Below are positions 17,741-26,055 of a stretch of DNA of 26,055 nt, in pieces. Source of the stretch: a virus. A program made the position numbers and the translations under genes. Each line of letters opens with the position of its first letter. The stretch's first letter is position 1. The stretch lies in UHGV virus genome UHGV-0272533; one strand, 5' to 3'. The notes below the pieces were generated by a model. That model saw only the letters and a program-made list of their open reading frames with translations, did not search any database and was not told the DNA's origin.

Positions 17741-19313
17741 CTTGCTCCTCCTCGTTTGATTTTTTCACTCCGGCCTCAAAAGCTGCAGCGGCCCATGCCG
17801 GTGGTTTCAGACCCGCAGCACGACGCTCCATGGTTTCCCGGACCTGCTGGGCAAAAATCTCCTGATAATCATCACCGCGTTTGGCGCACTCTTTTTCATA
17901 CGTGCTGAGACCTGCCTCAATGAGCATGACGGCCTCCTGTACCTCTTTCAGCCCGTCAATTGCCATTCGACCAGAGCCAATCCAGTTGGCATTCCCCCAG
18001 GCTGTTCTCGCCTCCTGGAAACTGAACCGGGCTTTCGAAGGAAGCGTGACCACGCGGCGGACAATCGCCTCTTCAAGCCAGCAAAGAAACATCTGACAGG
18101 CCTGTCGGGATGCCACAAACTTGCGACGCCCCATAAAGTACGCCCAGGACTCGTTAGCACTTGCGCGTGCGGTCGAGTAGCTCATCTGCGAATAGTTTCG
18201 CGAAAGCTGCTCATACGACACACCAAGCCCAGCGGCAATATAACGCAGCAGGGACTGTTCAAAAGTCGAGTAGCCGTTATCGGTATCCTGCGCCGACTGA
18301 AGGTTGAGAGAATCACCCGGCAACAGGTGTGGAACCCTTGCCCCACCCAGGCGAACAGGCGCAGCTGAGTAATAGGACGCCATTTCACCGAGCCAGCCCG
18401 TAAGTTTGCTCTGCTGCTCTTTATTATCCGCGCCGAGAATAAAGTCCATCGCCGATTGGGTATCCAGTTCACTCTCGATGGTAGCGGCATACATAGCCTT
18501 CACTATCGCGCTCTGGAGCTGGGTATTTTGCAGGGTATCGAGCATTTTCATCTGCTCCATCACGCTGTAAAACGCATTGGCCCCACGGGTCTGTCCATCC
18601 TCCATCGGTTCGAATACATGGATAAATGAAGGTCGACCGCCGGGTAGTTCGCGAGGAATGTAGGTCCAGTTCTGCGCCATCCAGCCGGGATAACCATCGT
18701 CGCTGACGTAATATCCCAGCGCAGCACCGCTATCATTTATTTTCACACCGGCGCGACAGTTCCGGGTATCACCGATATTATTCGGATTGCTGACGCGCTT
18801 CGGACTGACCATTTTGAACTGAGTACGGAAAAGACGCGTTGAATCGCTGTCCCAGGTCGCCTGCGTGCATAATTCACCGTTAAACGCGTGCATGGCCACA
18901 CCTTCTCGGATCATCATCGTAAACGTTCGCTTACGCTCGGCATCAATCCCGCAAAAGTCGTCCTCGGCATACTCATTCCATGCAGCTTCCACATCCCGCG
19001 AGAATGCCCGTGAATCCTCCTCATTTATTCCCAGATAACGCCAGCTTGGTCGATAACTGAGTCTGAAAAATGACCCGACGATGTGGTCCTGGTGGAGCTG
19101 CACGGCGTTTGCCGCGTAGCCATTATTTCGCACCAGATCGTCAGCGCGGGCATTTCCGCGAGAATAGTTGGGTAGGAGTGCGGCATCTGCACTTTCACTC
19201 GGCGGATTCCAGCCTCGCAGCTGCCCACCAAACCCGCCTCCACCGCCATGATATCCTGCGTATTCCCGAAGGGATGTTTTCCCGTCAGGTCCCACCAAAG
19301 ATGGTATTTTCAT
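17721..19313 (-). CDS. B: Portal protein B
   Basis: 530 aa; strong similarity to lambda gpB across the length; start ATG overlaps the W stop (ATGA). Confidence 0.95.
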   Translation of the reverse strand: MKIPSLVGPDGKTSLREYAGYHGGGGGFGGQLRGWNPPSESADAALLPNYSRGNARADDLVRNNGYAANAVQLHQDHIVGSFFRLSYRPSWRYLGINEEDSRAFSRDVEAAWNEYAEDDFCGIDAERKRTFTMMIREGVAMHAFNGELCTQATWDSDSTRLFRTQFKMVSPKRVSNPNNIGDTRNCRAGVKINDSGAALGYYVSDDGYPGWMAQNWTYIPRELPGGRPSFIHVFEPMEDGQTRGANAFYSVMEQMKMLDTLQNTQLQSAIVKAMYAATIESELDTQSAMDFILGADNKEQQSKLTGWLGEMASYYSAAPVRLGGARVPHLLPGDSLNLQSAQDTDNGYSTFEQSLLRYIAAGLGVSYEQLSRNYSQMSYSTARASANESWAYFMGRRKFVASRQACQMFLCWLEEAIVRRVVTLPSKARFSFQEARTAWGNANWIGSGRMAIDGLKEVQEAVMLIEAGLSTYEKECAKRGDDYQEIFAQQVRETMERRAAGLKPPAWAAAAFEAGVKKSNEEEQDGARAA

Positions 19314-19516
19314 ACGTAAAACCCTGCTGGCCCCCGGCGTCGTGATGTGGTGCCAACCTGAGATTCAAGGTCAGCAATATATTTTTTGAGATCGCTGACT
19401 GAAGTGGCTGTAAATTCCACTCTTCGACCGTCTTTCTGTACCGTCGCCACGCGCTTTCCCATCATCAGGTCATGTAACGCAGCGCGCGCGGCATCCAGTT
19501 CAGTCTGTGTTGCCAT
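19310..19516 (-). CDS. W: Head-tail joining protein W
   Basis: 68 aa, same length as lambda gpW ([41 protein letters not shown]); start overlaps the A stop (TAATG). Confidence 0.9.
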   Translation of the reverse strand: MATQTELDAARAALHDLMMGKRVATVQKDGRRVEFTATSVSDLKKYIADLESQVGTTSRRRGPAGFYV

Positions 19517-21438
19517 TATTCATCTCCAGATAATGCCCGCGCGTAATCCGCCAGGGTCTTGTTATTGTTACGGCTGCCTTCTTCCTCCAGCAGGCTGGCC
19601 AGAAGTGAATCAAGATTTAGCTGCCAGCGGGATATGCTTATACGCAGCGCCGCCAGTGCATAAACAAAGCAATCGAGCGCCTCATTTCGTCGTTTTTTGC
19701 TGTCCCAGACGATCTTTTTCTTTCCGTCTACCCATTTTTCCACCTGCTCTTCAGCTGTTAGTTGTTGGGCCTCTGTTAGATCGTAGATTTCTGGGTTATT
19801 CGGGAAATGAACCGCTCCCGCCAGCGGCTCGTCTCTTTGCGCCACCAGCGTGAAACGGTTATAAATCTGCTCTTTTGCGGTGTCTGTTCCTACCTCTGTG
19901 AGGTAAACACCATTCTTGTTACGCTTGCGTGGCATGTTCGCCACTGGCTTTCCATAAACCGACGCCCCCTTTATAGGGATCACACGAAACAGACCGTGTT
20001 TTTTTGAGCGGTTGTAGACGATGGTGGGATCAATGCCGCCAATATCCCAGCAAGTGCGGGATATAACCATTTCGAGACCGTTCTGGCGCTTATACGTCCT
20101 GTTGATCGCTTCATCAACTCGAGCGAGAGTCGACTCATCATCATGACGACCCATAATGATAATTTTGTCGATAAGCCAGCTTTCCTCTCCCGGCCCCCAT
20201 CCCCAAACACGCATTTCGTAACGGTCAAGCTGGGAGTCAATACCCGCTGTCAGATATGCCACTCGCTCCGGCACAGACGCTTCAAAGTGCTCTTTTCGTT
20301 CCGCTAAAACTTCAGCATCGGGTCGTTCACCTATTTTCGGTTCCCACGTTTCGCCCAGGGTCGTGTTAACGAAAGTTTTTCGCTTACCCGTATCACCTTT
20401 TGTTTTTATCCAGTCCTTGACGATCTGCACCCAGGTTGTGAACGGGCTATATGCGGTCCAGATGTGGAATGTAACGCTGTCAGGAGGTTCAATTTCGGTA
20501 CCGGATGAAGAAAACCAGTTAAGGCCGTCTCGTGTCCAGATACCTGTTTCATCACAAATATACCTGGCCTCCAGAAATTCCAGCTCCTGTTGTTTAATCA
20601 CACAGGCATTGTGTTCACAGAGGTAGTAAACGCTGGCAGGTTCTCCCGGAGACCATTTGAAGCCAAATGGTGTCTCTTTATCACCGAATTTCAGATACTG
20701 CTCTTCCCCACAGTGTGGGCATGGAACATGGAACCGAAGAAAATGTTCAGACTCCTTAGCAGCTCTTTCTATCTGGCACGTACCTTTGACTTTCGGTGTA
20801 GATCCGCGAATGGATTTCGGCCATACAGAACCCTCAATACGCTTATCACCCAGAAAGGTGGGAGAACCTTCTTTCTCGATGTCATCATCGAAAGCGGCGA
20901 GCTCGTCGTAGCCAGCCACATCAACTGATTTTTCACGGTAGTTTTTTGCAGCCTTACCGCCCAGGCACCAGAAACCACGACCATTCGAGAAACGCTTCAT
21001 GCTCAGCGTATTGTCCCGGTGTTTTTTACCGTACCAGGGAGCAAGCGCCAGCAACGTCGGAATATCACGAATGGTCGGTTCTACATGAGACTTCATGAAG
21101 TTTTCAGCATCACCGTCGGTTGGTAACCATATTAGGGAGTTACGCTGTTTATGTTGGATGAAATATGCGTAAACGCCGAGCAACATTTTTGAGTAGCCGA
21201 CACGAGCCGATTTAACGACATTCACCTCGCGAATATAGTCATTACCCATCGCATTCATAATTGCACGCTGAAATGGCAGTGTTTCCCAGCGCCCTTCCTG
21301 GTAGGCAGACTCTTTCGGGAGATAATAATTCTCATCTGCCCATTCAACTGCTGTTTGCGGTTGCGGCCGGTACAGCGAACGTAACCCCGCCCGCGCAGAG
21401 TGCTGCAGCCCCTTAACCTGACTGTTCGATATATTCAC
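19516..21438 (-). CDS. A: Terminase large subunit A
   Basis: 640 aa (lambda gpA is 641); N-terminus MNISNSQV...[23 protein letters not shown] as in lambda; GTG start at 21438. Confidence 0.95.
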   Translation of the reverse strand: MNISNSQVKGLQHSARAGLRSLYRPQPQTAVEWADENYYLPKESAYQEGRWETLPFQRAIMNAMGNDYIREVNVVKSARVGYSKMLLGVYAYFIQHKQRNSLIWLPTDGDAENFMKSHVEPTIRDIPTLLALAPWYGKKHRDNTLSMKRFSNGRGFWCLGGKAAKNYREKSVDVAGYDELAAFDDDIEKEGSPTFLGDKRIEGSVWPKSIRGSTPKVKGTCQIERAAKESEHFLRFHVPCPHCGEEQYLKFGDKETPFGFKWSPGEPASVYYLCEHNACVIKQQELEFLEARYICDETGIWTRDGLNWFSSSGTEIEPPDSVTFHIWTAYSPFTTWVQIVKDWIKTKGDTGKRKTFVNTTLGETWEPKIGERPDAEVLAERKEHFEASVPERVAYLTAGIDSQLDRYEMRVWGWGPGEESWLIDKIIIMGRHDDESTLARVDEAINRTYKRQNGLEMVISRTCWDIGGIDPTIVYNRSKKHGLFRVIPIKGASVYGKPVANMPRKRNKNGVYLTEVGTDTAKEQIYNRFTLVAQRDEPLAGAVHFPNNPEIYDLTEAQQLTAEEQVEKWVDGKKKIVWDSKKRRNEALDCFVYALAALRISISRWQLNLDSLLASLLEEEGSRNNNKTLADYARALSGDE

Positions 21439-21958
21439 TCAGCAACCCCGGTATCATTTCATCCAGCGCAGCTGCCTTGTTCATGGCCTTAATGATGTCC
21501 TTCTTGAGGAAATCAATATGTCGGTTCTCCAGCTCCGGGAAGCGCCGCTGAACCGACAGAGGTATTCCATCGAGAATGCTGGCGATTTCTCCGGCTACCC
21601 GCGACAGCACGAACGTGCAGAATGCGGTCTCCACCACTTCAGCGGACTCTTTTGCATTTTTTAATTCCTGAGCGTCAGCCTGAGCTCGCGTAAGTCGGTG
21701 TCGCTCATATTCAATCGTGCCAGGTTGAAGATCGGACTCAGAAGCGATACGGAGATCTTCAACTTCCTTCCGCAACTTTTCATTTTCTATAGCTGCATCG
21801 CGCGCACTGTACCATTCGATTGCAGCAGCAGATTCAAAGAGAACCTCATTACCTTTGCCACCACCGCGGACAACCGGCATACCTTGCTCCTGCCAGTTCT
21901 GAATCGTTCGGACGCTTACCCCGAAAATTTCGGATAAGCGTTTTTTGTTAACCTCCAT
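21413..21958 (-). CDS. nu1: Terminase small subunit Nu1
   Basis: 181 aa; near-identical to lambda Nu1 (MEVNKK...IRTIQNWQEQGMPV.RGGGKGNEVL); overlaps A by 26 nt as in lambda; GGAG 7 nt upstream. Confidence 0.95.
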   Translation of the reverse strand: MEVNKKRLSEIFGVSVRTIQNWQEQGMPVVRGGGKGNEVLFESAAAIEWYSARDAAIENEKLRKEVEDLRIASESDLQPGTIEYERHRLTRAQADAQELKNAKESAEVVETAFCTFVLSRVAGEIASILDGIPLSVQRRFPELENRHIDFLKKDIIKAMNKAAALDEMIPGLLSEYIEQSG

Positions 21959-22059
21959 GGCTTACTCCTGGCAAAAAACAGAGAAAGGAAACAATCAACG
22001 GTAAACTTCCGTTTTCCTTGCTCAGCATTTCCTTTCTGGAGAGAGGACGTTTTTAACAA

Positions 22060-22190
22060 AAACAATGAGTAAACAAGAAGAAGAACGGAAATGGCATAAA
22101 CCAGAAAATTTTCATAAATAGCGAGAATCTGCGCGGACGCCGCCCCGTGGTAGGCCACCCCGCCGGGAGGACCCATCAGAATATGAGATG
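22060..22190 (-). other. cos: cos region: cosN cohesive-end site (about 22133..22144) with flanking cosB/cosQ-like sequence
   Basis: Minus strand reads ACGGGGCGGCGTCCGCGCAGATTCTCGCTATTTATGAAAATTTTCTGG, versus recalled lambda ACGGGGCGGCGACCTCGCGGGTTTTCGCTATTTATGAAAATTTTCCGG. Lies immediately upstream of Nu1. Confidence 0.6.
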
Positions 22191-22271
22191 AATATCCGAG
22201 GCTTATAAACACCCTCGAAGAGTTATTGTCAGCTGGATCTACAAAAGAGAATAAAGGTAAGTACTAGCTAT

Positions 22272-22294
22272 AAAAAAACCCCGCAAGAGCGAGG
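22272..22294 (-). terminator. Rho-independent terminator ending the kinase-phosphatase operon
   Basis: Minus strand: CCUCGC-UCUU-GCGGGG stem-loop followed by U7, 18 nt after the phosphatase stop. Nearly identical to the terminator at 1870..1892. Confidence 0.55.
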
Positions 22295-22311
22295 TTTTAG
22301 CACTTATGGGG

Positions 22312-23049
22312 TTAACTAACTTTGAATTGAGCAGCTATCAATGAATAATCATCGGTGGGTGTTTTCTTTAAAATACGTTTATACAAACTTGCAGTGAAGC
22401 TACTAACATTACCAAGCGTATTCAAAGAAAAACGAGGTCGATGCTCCCAGAAATGATGTGCACCATCAGACATAATGAAAAGTGTAAGCACTCCGTTATC
22501 GTCTACTATATCAGCCAGTGGCAAAACTACATGCTGATACCGTATCGTCAAACTGCGAGTTAACGCCGCAGTAAGAGTATTCTTTCCTGGCAATTGCTCA
22601 AGCTCTTTTTTAGTATAAAGGCCGTCGTCCAAAAGTTCTTGATGCTGAGTATGGTCCTTTGTGACAAGATTAAGTTTGCCGCCCTTCTTAATGTAAACTC
22701 TGGTATCGCCAACATGAATCACATTCAATTCTTTAGCTGTTAAGAAACAATAAGAAAGAGTTGTTGCCGCTTTAAAATATTCATTATTTAAATTAGACAA
22801 TGCAATAATGTTATTTTGTATTAGCTCCAATGTGAGCTGTGGGTTTAACAATTTTTCTTTATTGAGTTCAGCAAGTTGACTAGTTGCTATATTCGCAGCA
22901 TCTTTGGCTCCAGGATAAGAACCAACGCCATCCGCAACAGCAAAAACAAATGCCCCATCCACTTGCCGAGGTAGCAATATCGCATCTTGATTGTCATGCT
23001 CTACATTTTTTGAGCATGAGAATGCTGCGCAACTCAACAAATTAATCAT
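22312..23049 (-). CDS. PP2C-family (PPM) Ser/Thr protein phosphatase
   Basis: 245 aa; acidic metal-ligand motifs in PP2C order: ED (17-18), AVADGVGS (DG 40-41), GDTR (114-117), SDG (194-196), TDD (232-234). Start ATG overlaps the kinase stop (ATGA). AT-rich codon usage. Confidence 0.7.
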   Translation of the reverse strand: MINLLSCAAFSCSKNVEHDNQDAILLPRQVDGAFVFAVADGVGSYPGAKDAANIATSQLAELNKEKLLNPQLTLELIQNNIIALSNLNNEYFKAATTLSYCFLTAKELNVIHVGDTRVYIKKGGKLNLVTKDHTQHQELLDDGLYTKKELEQLPGKNTLTAALTRSLTIRYQHVVLPLADIVDDNGVLTLFIMSDGAHHFWEHRPRFSLNTLGNVSSFTASLYKRILKKTPTDDYSLIAAQFKVS

Positions 23050-23825
23050 TGCATTGTCCTCGCTATAACACTGTCTAAATCACTGAGCATCTGAGTGACT
23101 GAATCGAATCTAGCATTTGGGACATATGCTGTAGATCTATCCACAATTGCCCCAATCCCGGGAGCATCTTTTAGGTTTAATTCATTTATAATTACACCCA
23201 AAGCATAAATATCTGATTTTTCGGTATATGTCCCACGCTGTGCTTCTGGTGACATGTATTCAGGTGTGCCTATGCCAATTGAACGATCCTGCAAAATATT
23301 TGAAAGAAATGCTGATTGAGCTTCAGAGTTAATTGTCTTAACAAGCCCAAAATCTGAGATTTTATAGCAACCATCAGGGTACATGAGAATATTTTCCGGT
23401 TTCAAATCTCGATGCAAGTAACCATTCCTATGTATGTATTCAACTCCCTTTAGGACCATCCTGAGCATTTCAAGCTTATCGCGTTCAGTCAACACACCTT
23501 CGTTCATCTGTTTACGGAGGTCACATTCAGCTAGTTCCATAACAAACCATGGGTTATCGATGCTAAGATGATGTATGCATACAGGTACAACATTGTCATG
23601 CGTACACTCAGCTTGATACCTGACTTCACGTTCAAATCTTCGCTTCCAATCGTCCAAAGAAAAGAGGTGGTTGATAAGCTTGGGATTCACAGAAAGGACC
23701 TTCCTTGCGTAGAAGCCGCTGAAATGGCCTAACGTATTATAGACTTCAACCTTTTCAACCCGTCCAAAGGTTCCTTGACCCAATTCATCAATCGGTTTGA
23801 TTAAATAATTCCCTCTAGGATCCAT
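23046..23825 (-). CDS. Hanks-type (eukaryotic-like) Ser/Thr protein kinase, minimal catalytic domain
   Basis: 259 aa; Gly-rich loop GQGTFG (16-21), AxK Lys42, catalytic loop HRDLKPEN (138-145), DFG (158-160), activation segment GTPEYMSPE (186-194), DIYALG (205-210). AT-rich relative to flanking genes. Confidence 0.8.
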   Translation of the reverse strand: MDPRGNYLIKPIDELGQGTFGRVEKVEVYNTLGHFSGFYARKVLSVNPKLINHLFSLDDWKRRFEREVRYQAECTHDNVVPVCIHHLSIDNPWFVMELAECDLRKQMNEGVLTERDKLEMLRMVLKGVEYIHRNGYLHRDLKPENILMYPDGCYKISDFGLVKTINSEAQSAFLSNILQDRSIGIGTPEYMSPEAQRGTYTEKSDIYALGVIINELNLKDAPGIGAIVDRSTAYVPNARFDSVTQMLSDLDSVIARTMQ

Positions 23826-23862
23826 AGCTCGCTCTCATCACTGATGTATAGAGCGAATTTAC

Positions 23863-23890
23863 ACCCTAGCAACGAAACTTTCCATGTCAA
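23863..23890 (-). promoter_or_regulatory. Candidate sigma70 promoter for the kinase-phosphatase operon
   Basis: Minus strand: TTGACA (23885..23890), 16-nt spacer, TAGGGT (23863..23868). Downstream, a 7-bp inverted repeat (23829..23835 and 23850..23856) could sequester the ribosome-binding region 3 nt before the kinase ATG. Confidence 0.3.
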
Positions 23891-23936
23891 TGAGATAAAT
23901 CTGTCTATGCAAGAGAATCACTAATGCTGAACATTT

Positions 23937-24428
23937 TTAATCTCTTAAAGAGTTGTAGATACGCTCACATATCATTCCTGCGCGGTAGCTGTCATCAGAT
24001 CGCCCAGCATAGTATCTAGCTTCTTCTGCAATGCTTCCGAGCATGTCGGCGAGCATTGCGGAGTTAGCGCTGGTTGTTTTGCTTCCGACGGCAGCGGCAA
24101 GACCTGCGGTGTGCTTTGCGGCGTCCAGGCGGGTGGCAAGTTTTGTTGCTTCGGTGCGCAGCTGGCTAACAGTGGCAGACAGGCCAGCAGCATTCGCAGC
24201 CGCTTTTGCAGCCTGTTCTTGTGCATTTTTAACAGCCTCATCGCGAGCGATTACTCGCCCTTGTTCAATCATACGAGCTGCGGTCTGTGCATTCGCTTCC
24301 TGTGAAGATTCCGCGCTATCCCGGTCAGCCCACTTTATTTTCCAGCTGCGGTTCGTCCACTCACTGCCAGCGAGAAACGAACCTACCAACGCAACAATCA
24401 CAATGATGCAGATGCCACCCGGCTTCAC
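23937..24428 (-). CDS. Rz: Rz-like inner-membrane spanin (i-spanin)
   Basis: Start placed at GTG 24426..24428 overlapping the endolysin stop (GTGA), with GGGGGA upstream. The ORF is open back to 24521, so the start is uncertain. N-terminal TM segment ([16 protein letters not shown]), then Ala/Gln-rich coiled-coil region. Confidence 0.55.
   Translation of the reverse strand: MKPGGICIIVIVALVGSFLAGSEWTNRSWKIKWADRDSAESSQEANAQTAARMIEQGRVIARDEAVKNAQEQAAKAAANAAGLSATVSQLRTEATKLATRLDAAKHTAGLAAAVGSKTTSANSAMLADMLGSIAEEARYYAGRSDDSYRAGMICERIYNSLRD
23972..24241 (-). CDS. Rz1: Rz1-like outer-membrane lipoprotein spanin embedded in Rz in another frame
   Basis: Embedded ORF; lipoprotein signal with lipobox LASC (...[15 protein letters not shown]), followed by a Pro-rich mature region. 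True start may be the Met at 24224..24226. Confidence 0.55.
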   Translation of the reverse strand: MRLLKMHKNRLQKRLRMLLACLPLLASCAPKQQNLPPAWTPQSTPQVLPLPSEAKQPALTPQCSPTCSEALQKKLDTMLGDLMTATAQE

Positions 24429-24973
24429 TGGTCTATCCCCCAGCACGTCAGTGCGCTTTCCTGGTCCCGCCGTTCTACCTGCCCATAACATCCATCCTTC
24501 TGGCCCTTGGTCAGGCGGCAATCGCGGCCACCGTCTTTAATCCACCAGCGGATAGCTTCACAGGCTCCTTTCGTATCGCCAGCATTAATTCGCTTATAGA
24601 ACGTAGACGGGAAACATTTTCCGGGGCCGATGTTATATGGGCAGAAAGAAGCGATACCCGCTTTCTGTGGTTCGGTCAGTGGTACTTTGATATTTCGGTC
24701 AACCCACGCCAGCGCCTTGTCGCGTTCAATGGCGTTTACCTGGGCGCATTTCTCAGCTGACAGCTTCATGCCCTGTACTACTGGCTTGCCATCAACCATT
24801 GTTGCACCACGGCAAATGGTCCAGAGTCCGCCGCCGTCGCGATATGCTGTCAAGCTGTTACCCTCTTTCTCATCCAGAAACTGATCGAGAATCACGGGTG
24901 CGGAAGCCCCGGCAAGAATCAAACCAACGACCGCTGCGCTCAATTTATTCTTCAGCTTTAGAGACATAGCCAT
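24425..24973 (-). CDS. R: SAR endolysin (T4-lysozyme-family muramidase with N-terminal signal-anchor-release domain)
   Basis: 182 aa; N-terminal Gly/Ala-rich weakly hydrophobic segment ([19 protein letters not shown]); E...D...T catalytic spacing in [25 protein letters not shown]; overlaps the holin 3' end. Confidence 0.8.
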   Translation of the reverse strand: MAMSLKLKNKLSAAVVGLILAGASAPVILDQFLDEKEGNSLTAYRDGGGLWTICRGATMVDGKPVVQGMKLSAEKCAQVNAIERDKALAWVDRNIKVPLTEPQKAGIASFCPYNIGPGKCFPSTFYKRINAGDTKGACEAIRWWIKDGGRDCRLTKGQKDGCYGQVERRDQESALTCWGIDQ

Positions 24974-25223
24974 TGCGCCGATCCTCCCGTTCTTTCCAGC
25001 GGAAATACCAGTTCACTGCACAGGTGATTACCGTGCATGCGATACCGACAATAATTGCCCAGTCGCTCAGGCTTAACCCTGCAATTCTGTCGGCCAACAT
25101 CCAGGACACCTCTTTTGCTGTTTTAGCTGTTTCGGCATATGCCTTCGCTGATACACCGCAGCCGGTCAGCGTGGTTCCTGTTCCATATGAAAGTCTGCTG
25201 TAAATGGTGCTCATTCTGGTCAT
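24945..25223 (-). CDS. S: Putative holin
   Basis: 92 aa; ATG at 25223 with strong SD GGAGGTG; two hydrophobic segments and a charged C-terminus (KEREDRRNG); first gene of the lysis cassette. Confidence 0.6.
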   Translation of the reverse strand: MTRMSTIYSRLSYGTGTTLTGCGVSAKAYAETAKTAKEVSWMLADRIAGLSLSDWAIIVGIACTVITCAVNWYFRWKEREDRRNGYVSKAEE

Positions 25224-25467
25224 AGCCTCACCTCCGATTTTTCGGATGGCGCTGTGCGTGTATGAAAAGGCTCAGGCTTCACGGGCTGGATTTATCAACA
25301 AAGCACGTAGCGGATGATTCCCGTGAGCCTGAAATGAAAAAGGCCGCCAAGCGGCAGCCAACAGTCGATTCAATACCGGGATATTTATCCACGCCCGGCG
25401 CGTGGTTTCCCTGCTTTCCACAGACAAAGGAAATTGCTAAATTGGTCATTCCACAGACAATTAGGGA

Positions 25468-25884
25468 ATGACCATGGATGTAGGATTACTTATCGCGTCC
25501 CTTAAAAACGGGATCGGCGCGCTTTCTGCTGTGCAAAGTAACGAGGTCCTGCGCGAGCGCATCGCTTTCATTGGAGAGCAGATCGACGTACTTCAAAAAG
25601 CCCATGCTGCCACCATAGCAGAACTTGCCGAGGCGAAAGCCAAGAACGTAGAACTTGAGAAGGAAATAGCGGCTTATCGGGCAAAGGATGAGTTTGTCGA
25701 GCACATGGGTGCGGCCTTTAGAAAAAATCCCGCGGGTGGGTATATCAGCGCGGTTTATTGCCCCAACTGTCTTAAACAGGTCGGTAGCGGGTTCGATGAC
25801 TTTCCTTACCATTGCGGCTCCTGCGGCTGGACTTCAAGATTTGAAGGAAGGGAGATTGATAGCGTAATGAAAACCCTCCCTTAA
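25468..25884 (+). CDS. Hypothetical coiled-coil / zinc-ribbon protein, antisense to late transcription
   Basis: 138 aa; N-terminal heptad-like region, C-terminal CPNC...CGSC four-Cys motif. Start may be the second ATG at 25474 (AGGGA 7 nt upstream). Followed by a hairpin at 25891..25910. Confidence 0.45.
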   Translation: MTMDVGLLIASLKNGIGALSAVQSNEVLRERIAFIGEQIDVLQKAHAATIAELAEAKAKNVELEKEIAAYRAKDEFVEHMGAAFRKNPAGGYISAVYCPNCLKQVGSGFDDFPYHCGSCGWTSRFEGREIDSVMKTLP

Positions 25885-25920
25885 TGTTAAGGCGAGGGTA
25901 GCGCCTCGCCGTTACCTCCA

Positions 25921-25956
25921 GAAACGCAAAAGCCCCACGGTGTTATCCGCGGGGCT
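25921..25956 (-). terminator. tR'-like intrinsic terminator just downstream of the late promoter
   Basis: Minus strand: AGCCCCGCGG-AUAACA-CCGUGGGGCU stem-loop (one mismatch) followed by UUUUGCGUUUC. Confidence 0.5.
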
Positions 25957-25976
25957 TGAAACGAAGGCATTAACCC

Positions 25977-26016
25977 ATCGTTGGGATAAAATTAACACAG
26001 ATTCGGGAAAAGTAAA
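25977..26016 (-). promoter_or_regulatory. pR'-like late promoter with sigma70 pause element (Q-utilisation region)
   Basis: Minus strand: TTTACT (26011..26016), 16 nt, TAATTT (25989..25994), 6 nt, then AACGATGGGTTAAT (25977..25982 onward). This matches the recalled lambda pR' layout TTGACT-17-TAAATT-TGACTC-AACGATGGGTTAAT. Confidence 0.55.
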
Positions 26017-26055
26017 TAGCTGGAATTAACTTCCATAGCCGTTATCGTGTTATTT

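Larger units (their letters stand above)
1..26055 (-). mobile_element. Late region (lysis, packaging, head, tail) of a lambda-like prophage; window is internal to the prophage
   Basis: Complete collinear lambda late gene order on the minus strand with coupled junctions (ATGA, TAATG overlaps), plus recognisable cos and pR' regions. Identification is from ORF translations compared with recalled lambda proteins. Confidence 0.9.

Noticed and set aside
21916-22212. 98-aa minus-strand ORF spanning the region upstream of Nu1
   Set aside because: Runs across the cos region; better explained as non-coding packaging sequence.
24429-24521. Upstream Met starts for Rz inside the endolysin gene
   Set aside because: They would require over 60 nt of overlap with the endolysin; the GTG overlapping its stop (GTGA) with an upstream GGGGGA is the more usual arrangement. 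Left as uncertain.
25262-25471. 69-aa plus-strand ORF upstream of the zinc-ribbon gene
   Set aside because: Spans the hairpin and the direct/inverted repeats; no RBS; more likely regulatory DNA.
1-26055. tRNA, rRNA or integrase/attachment sites
   Set aside because: No cloverleaf-compatible 70-90 nt segments or rRNA-like sequence noticed. The window is internal to the prophage, so att sites and the integrase are not expected here.

Overview
The window lies entirely inside a lambda-like (lambdoid) siphovirus prophage, with almost all genes on the minus strand. Read right to left it contains: a pR'-like late promoter with a short tR' terminator (25921..26016); a plus-strand, antisense-oriented zinc-ribbon ORF; the lysis cassette (holin, SAR endolysin, Rz with embedded Rz1); a low-GC two-gene cassette encoding a Hanks-type Ser/Thr kinase and a PP2C-family phosphatase with its own promoter-like elements and terminator (22272..23890); the cos site (cosN about 22133..22144); then the collinear lambda morphogenesis block Nu1-A-W-B-C(Nu3)-D-E-FI-FII-Z-U-V-G-T-H-M-L-K-I-J (21958 down to 3237); two unknown paralogous genes; a Cor-like lipoprotein gene preceded by a GATC-rich palindromic region; a short tail fibre gene; and two convergent tail-fibre-assembly (tfa) genes. 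The most interesting candidate for an undescribed system is the kinase/phosphatase cassette sitting in the classic moron position between Rz and cos. All similarity statements are from reading the translations and from recalled lambda sequence, not from a database search. No tRNA, rRNA or CRISPR array was seen.
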